Assembly (NCBI GenBank): GCA_029717555.1
Contig: JAMDHS010000043.1
Span: 62,001 to 126,000, forward strand
Origin: Peribolospora baueri
Taxonomy: Eukaryota
Direction of reading: 5' to 3'
DNA: 64,000 nt
A program made the position numbers and the translations under genes. Positions 61,201-64,000 of this stretch are shown here, in pieces (position 1 is the first letter of the stretch; each line of letters starts with the position of its first letter). The notes beneath the pieces are model-generated. The model had not been told where the DNA came from and searched no databases. It saw only the letters and a list, made by a program, of their open reading frames with translations.

Positions 61201-64000
61201 TAGCTCTTCTCCGTCTCTACCAGTTCTCGGATCGTGTGGCGGCGCTTCGTGACCCTTTTGAACCACTCTTCCGGCGCCTCGCCTTGACTGGAGCGTTGGA
61301 GAGAAGAGACGGAGGACGTTCGACTACGCTCGGACGCTCGAGGGGGGCCAAGAAGAGGGCTGACCGAGGCCTTGAGCGCTCCATCGGTAACTGTCTCAGG
61401 CAAGCTCCGATCTCCAGCCTGCTTCGACAGGTCCTCCTGGGAAGTCTGAGCAAAAGAGTCGGGTTGACTAGGCCAGAGCCGAAGATTCCTGCTCGGCGAA
61501 GGCGTTCGTCCACGAGCCTCATCGCTCGTCCTCGGCTTCCCCGGCGTTTCCGCGTTTCCGCTGGCGTTGAATGCGCTGTCCAGAGGGGTCGATACCTTCT
61601 CTATCCACTCGGAGCCAGCTGGCGAAAGAGCGGGCGCTCCCAGCGAGGAGCCCGGTTGGCCGATCGGCGTCGAAGAGGATCCGAGGGCTATTGCCTTAGC
61701 GGGCGGCTTGGGCGGGGGCGTCGGCTTCCGATCGAGCATGCGGAAAAAGGGTGGCCTATTTGAAAGGGCGACGGCGGAGGCAAACTGCTCTCTGATACTC
61801 GCCTCCCTCTCCGCCTCGGCCCGCTTGACGGCCAAGTCCTTGATGCCCTCCCATTCTCGATCCCGCGCCGCTTTCTGCTCAGCACCAGGATGGTCAGGGG
61901 GATGGTTCTTGGTCAACGGAGGCGCGTTAGGGTTGCGAGGGTCGAAGGTGAACATCCTTCGTCGGGGCGAAGGCAAACCACGCAGCTCGGCGAGGTTGGG
62001 ATCGTTCGCAGCCTGGCTCTTGCGGGCCGCGGTCCAACCCCAGCGCTTGCTCATGTCGTCGACACCATCGCCGTCTCCACTTTCGCCCCCGTCCGGCGGC
62101 GAGTCTGCTTGCCGGGAGGTCATCGCGGTACGTCGAGCCTCCATCTCCACATATTCCTCCTCTGCGGCCACGACGAACTGACCTCGCCCGAGAGGTGTGC
62201 TTCCCGATACTGACTGTTCCCGCGAAGTAGAAGCAGCGCCAACGACCGTATCTCCTCCTTCGGAGTAATACGTCCCTCGGAAGTCGGCATCTGATTCGGC
62301 AAACGTGATGCGATCTCGGCCGAGAGCGTAGAAGCTCTGCGGATCCACGTTGAGCTGAGAGAAGGTCGAAACCTCCGAGTACTTCGTCCCGCGAGGGCCG
62401 TCGTTGCGCGCAGGAGGCCATCGAGCCTGAGGTACGCGAGGCGTACGCCTCGGCGGCGGCGCAACGTCCTCTGGGAGCGGAGAGAGGGTCGCCGCAGTGG
62501 GAGATGTCATCAAGCCTCCCTGGCTCAAAATTCGGCCCTCCTTCCCCTGCTGAGGGCTGTCGCTCGGACCCGAAATTGGGGCATCTGTCACAGTTCCTTC
62601 CTGGAACGACGACTGCCCTGCGCTGCCACCACTGGATGGCGTGGAACTCTGATCGTGTGGGATAGAGACAGTGGTGACGGTCGACGGGGTCGCCAACGTC
62701 CCACGAGTGGCCAAGCTCCGTCCCGACCCGGGCACGTCCACCCACTGACCGTTCTGCGTGTCCGCAGAGCCAGCTGAGCCGGGCCCGTCGCGCGCGAAGC
62801 TGCTCAAACTGGAAGCATAAGTGGACGCGTAGCTGTGTCGCCAACGGGCCGCCGCTGCGGGGCTGCCGCTAGCGCCGGCACTGATGGGAGGTCGCGTTGA
62901 CGAAGAGGACGACGCTGAGTAGGCCGACGAAGGGGCGAAACTGGCTCGTCCGCCAGGAGCAGACAGAGGCAGAGATAAGCCCTCTGCGACGGCCTCGAAC
63001 GCTTCGCGTACGTCCGCCGACGTGGGAGCGGGACCAGTGGTGGCGGCGGCAGTATTGGGTGGGACGGTAGCGGGTGCCAGTTGTCTGGAAGCGCCTTCGG
63101 CGCGAGCGGAAGATGAGCCGGAGGCGGTGCGTAGACGCAAGGGGTTCTTGGGAGGGAGCGCCGGACGAGCGCCGGCGGACGAAGACGTCCACGCCACGCG
63201 AGTCTGCTCCGGAGCGACAACGGGCGCCCTGAGCGTTCTGTCCGAGTCGTCTCTAGGAATACCCAAGCTTGACCCATCCGTCACCCGGGGTTTTGAGGCC
63301 TCATCGGCGGCTTCGGAAGGCAAAGGCGGAAGAGGGGAATCGCGCGTCTTGGGGGAGGTGGCGCTATCGACAGAAAGGCGCCCGCTGCCGCCGCCGCCGC
63401 GCTCCGTGCTTTCGGACGACGGTTCCCGCCGGTGAGGAGGAGAGGATCCGGCGAGGGGAAAGAGGGCGGCCGTGCGGGGGGCGCCAGCTGGACTCCGGGC
63501 ATACCCGAGACGGTCTCCCACGCGCAGGCCTTCCTCAGCATAGTCGCTGAAGACGGTCCAGTCGGTGGAGACCGTTTGCGTGGACAGGTCCGAGTACGCG
63601 GGAGAGAAAGCGGCCGTCAGGCCAAGGCCGGTAGCGGGTGCTGTGGCAGATGCTTTGGCAGATGTGGCAGATTCAGGAGGGAGAGAGGAGGGGGCAGGTG
63701 AGGCGTAGAGGTCGACCATGTCTGTCAAGCCCGCCGAGCTCGTGGTGCTGCTGCCGCTCGGTAGCGGGGCGCGCTCGCCGTAGCCGCCTCCATTGGCGGG
63801 GACGCGATCTTGCACTGTCGAACTGGAGTAAAAGGACGCGGTGCTGCTCGATCTCCTCAGCACGCGACCAGACAGCGGACTGCCGCTCGACGACCACGAC
63901 AGCCCACGAACGTGGCCGGCGGACCGGGCCACCTTGGCGCCGCCCAGACCCGGGCTCGTGGACGGCCTGTGACGGTCTGTGGATGGGCAGGTGGGCGAAT
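58260..64000 (-). CDS. RhoGEF with DH, BAR and C-terminal SH3-like domains (Tuba/DNMBP, Gef1/Hot1-like); the 5' end probably lies outside the window
   Basis: DH motifs IRELVETEKSYASDL, IEKVYAAYCSRH and WDLSSLLIKPVQRILKYPLLL; BAR-like helices (KRDARESDF, ALHAQLMEELPQF); SH3-like FEAGDLLQVL..GQVGW. The frame is open to the window edge. Confidence 0.88.

Overview
GC-rich, intron-dense, microsatellite-rich eukaryotic DNA. GTGAG/GTGCGT donors, CTGAC branch points and the gene content point to a basidiomycete fungus. Splicing by eye gives about 19 intact protein-coding genes: SAM methyltransferase, Ara2-like aldo-keto reductase, a Sororin-like protein, Oma1, group III G-alpha, penta-EF-hand protein, Pbr1-like and RDH-like SDRs, eIF4G, an ACBD5/Atg37-like ACBP, Git1-like MFS permease, Rcm1/NSUN5, type I DnaJ, PTS1-bearing epoxide hydrolase, CCT8, Zn2Cys6 factor, Fes1, a 64-aa YABBY/HMG-like protein and a probably 5'-truncated DH-BAR-SH3 RhoGEF. 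There is also one multiply frameshifted AKR7-like pseudogene and a ~0.55 kb mosaic of Ty3/gypsy pol fragments in mixed order and orientation. I saw no rRNA, tRNA or CRISPR. The best leads are the Sororin candidate, the scrambled retroelement patch, several microexons and an intron directly after the eIF4G stop. I could not establish a new multi-gene system. All calls come from motif recognition without database searches. CDS coordinates span introns, and exon boundaries were set by hand.
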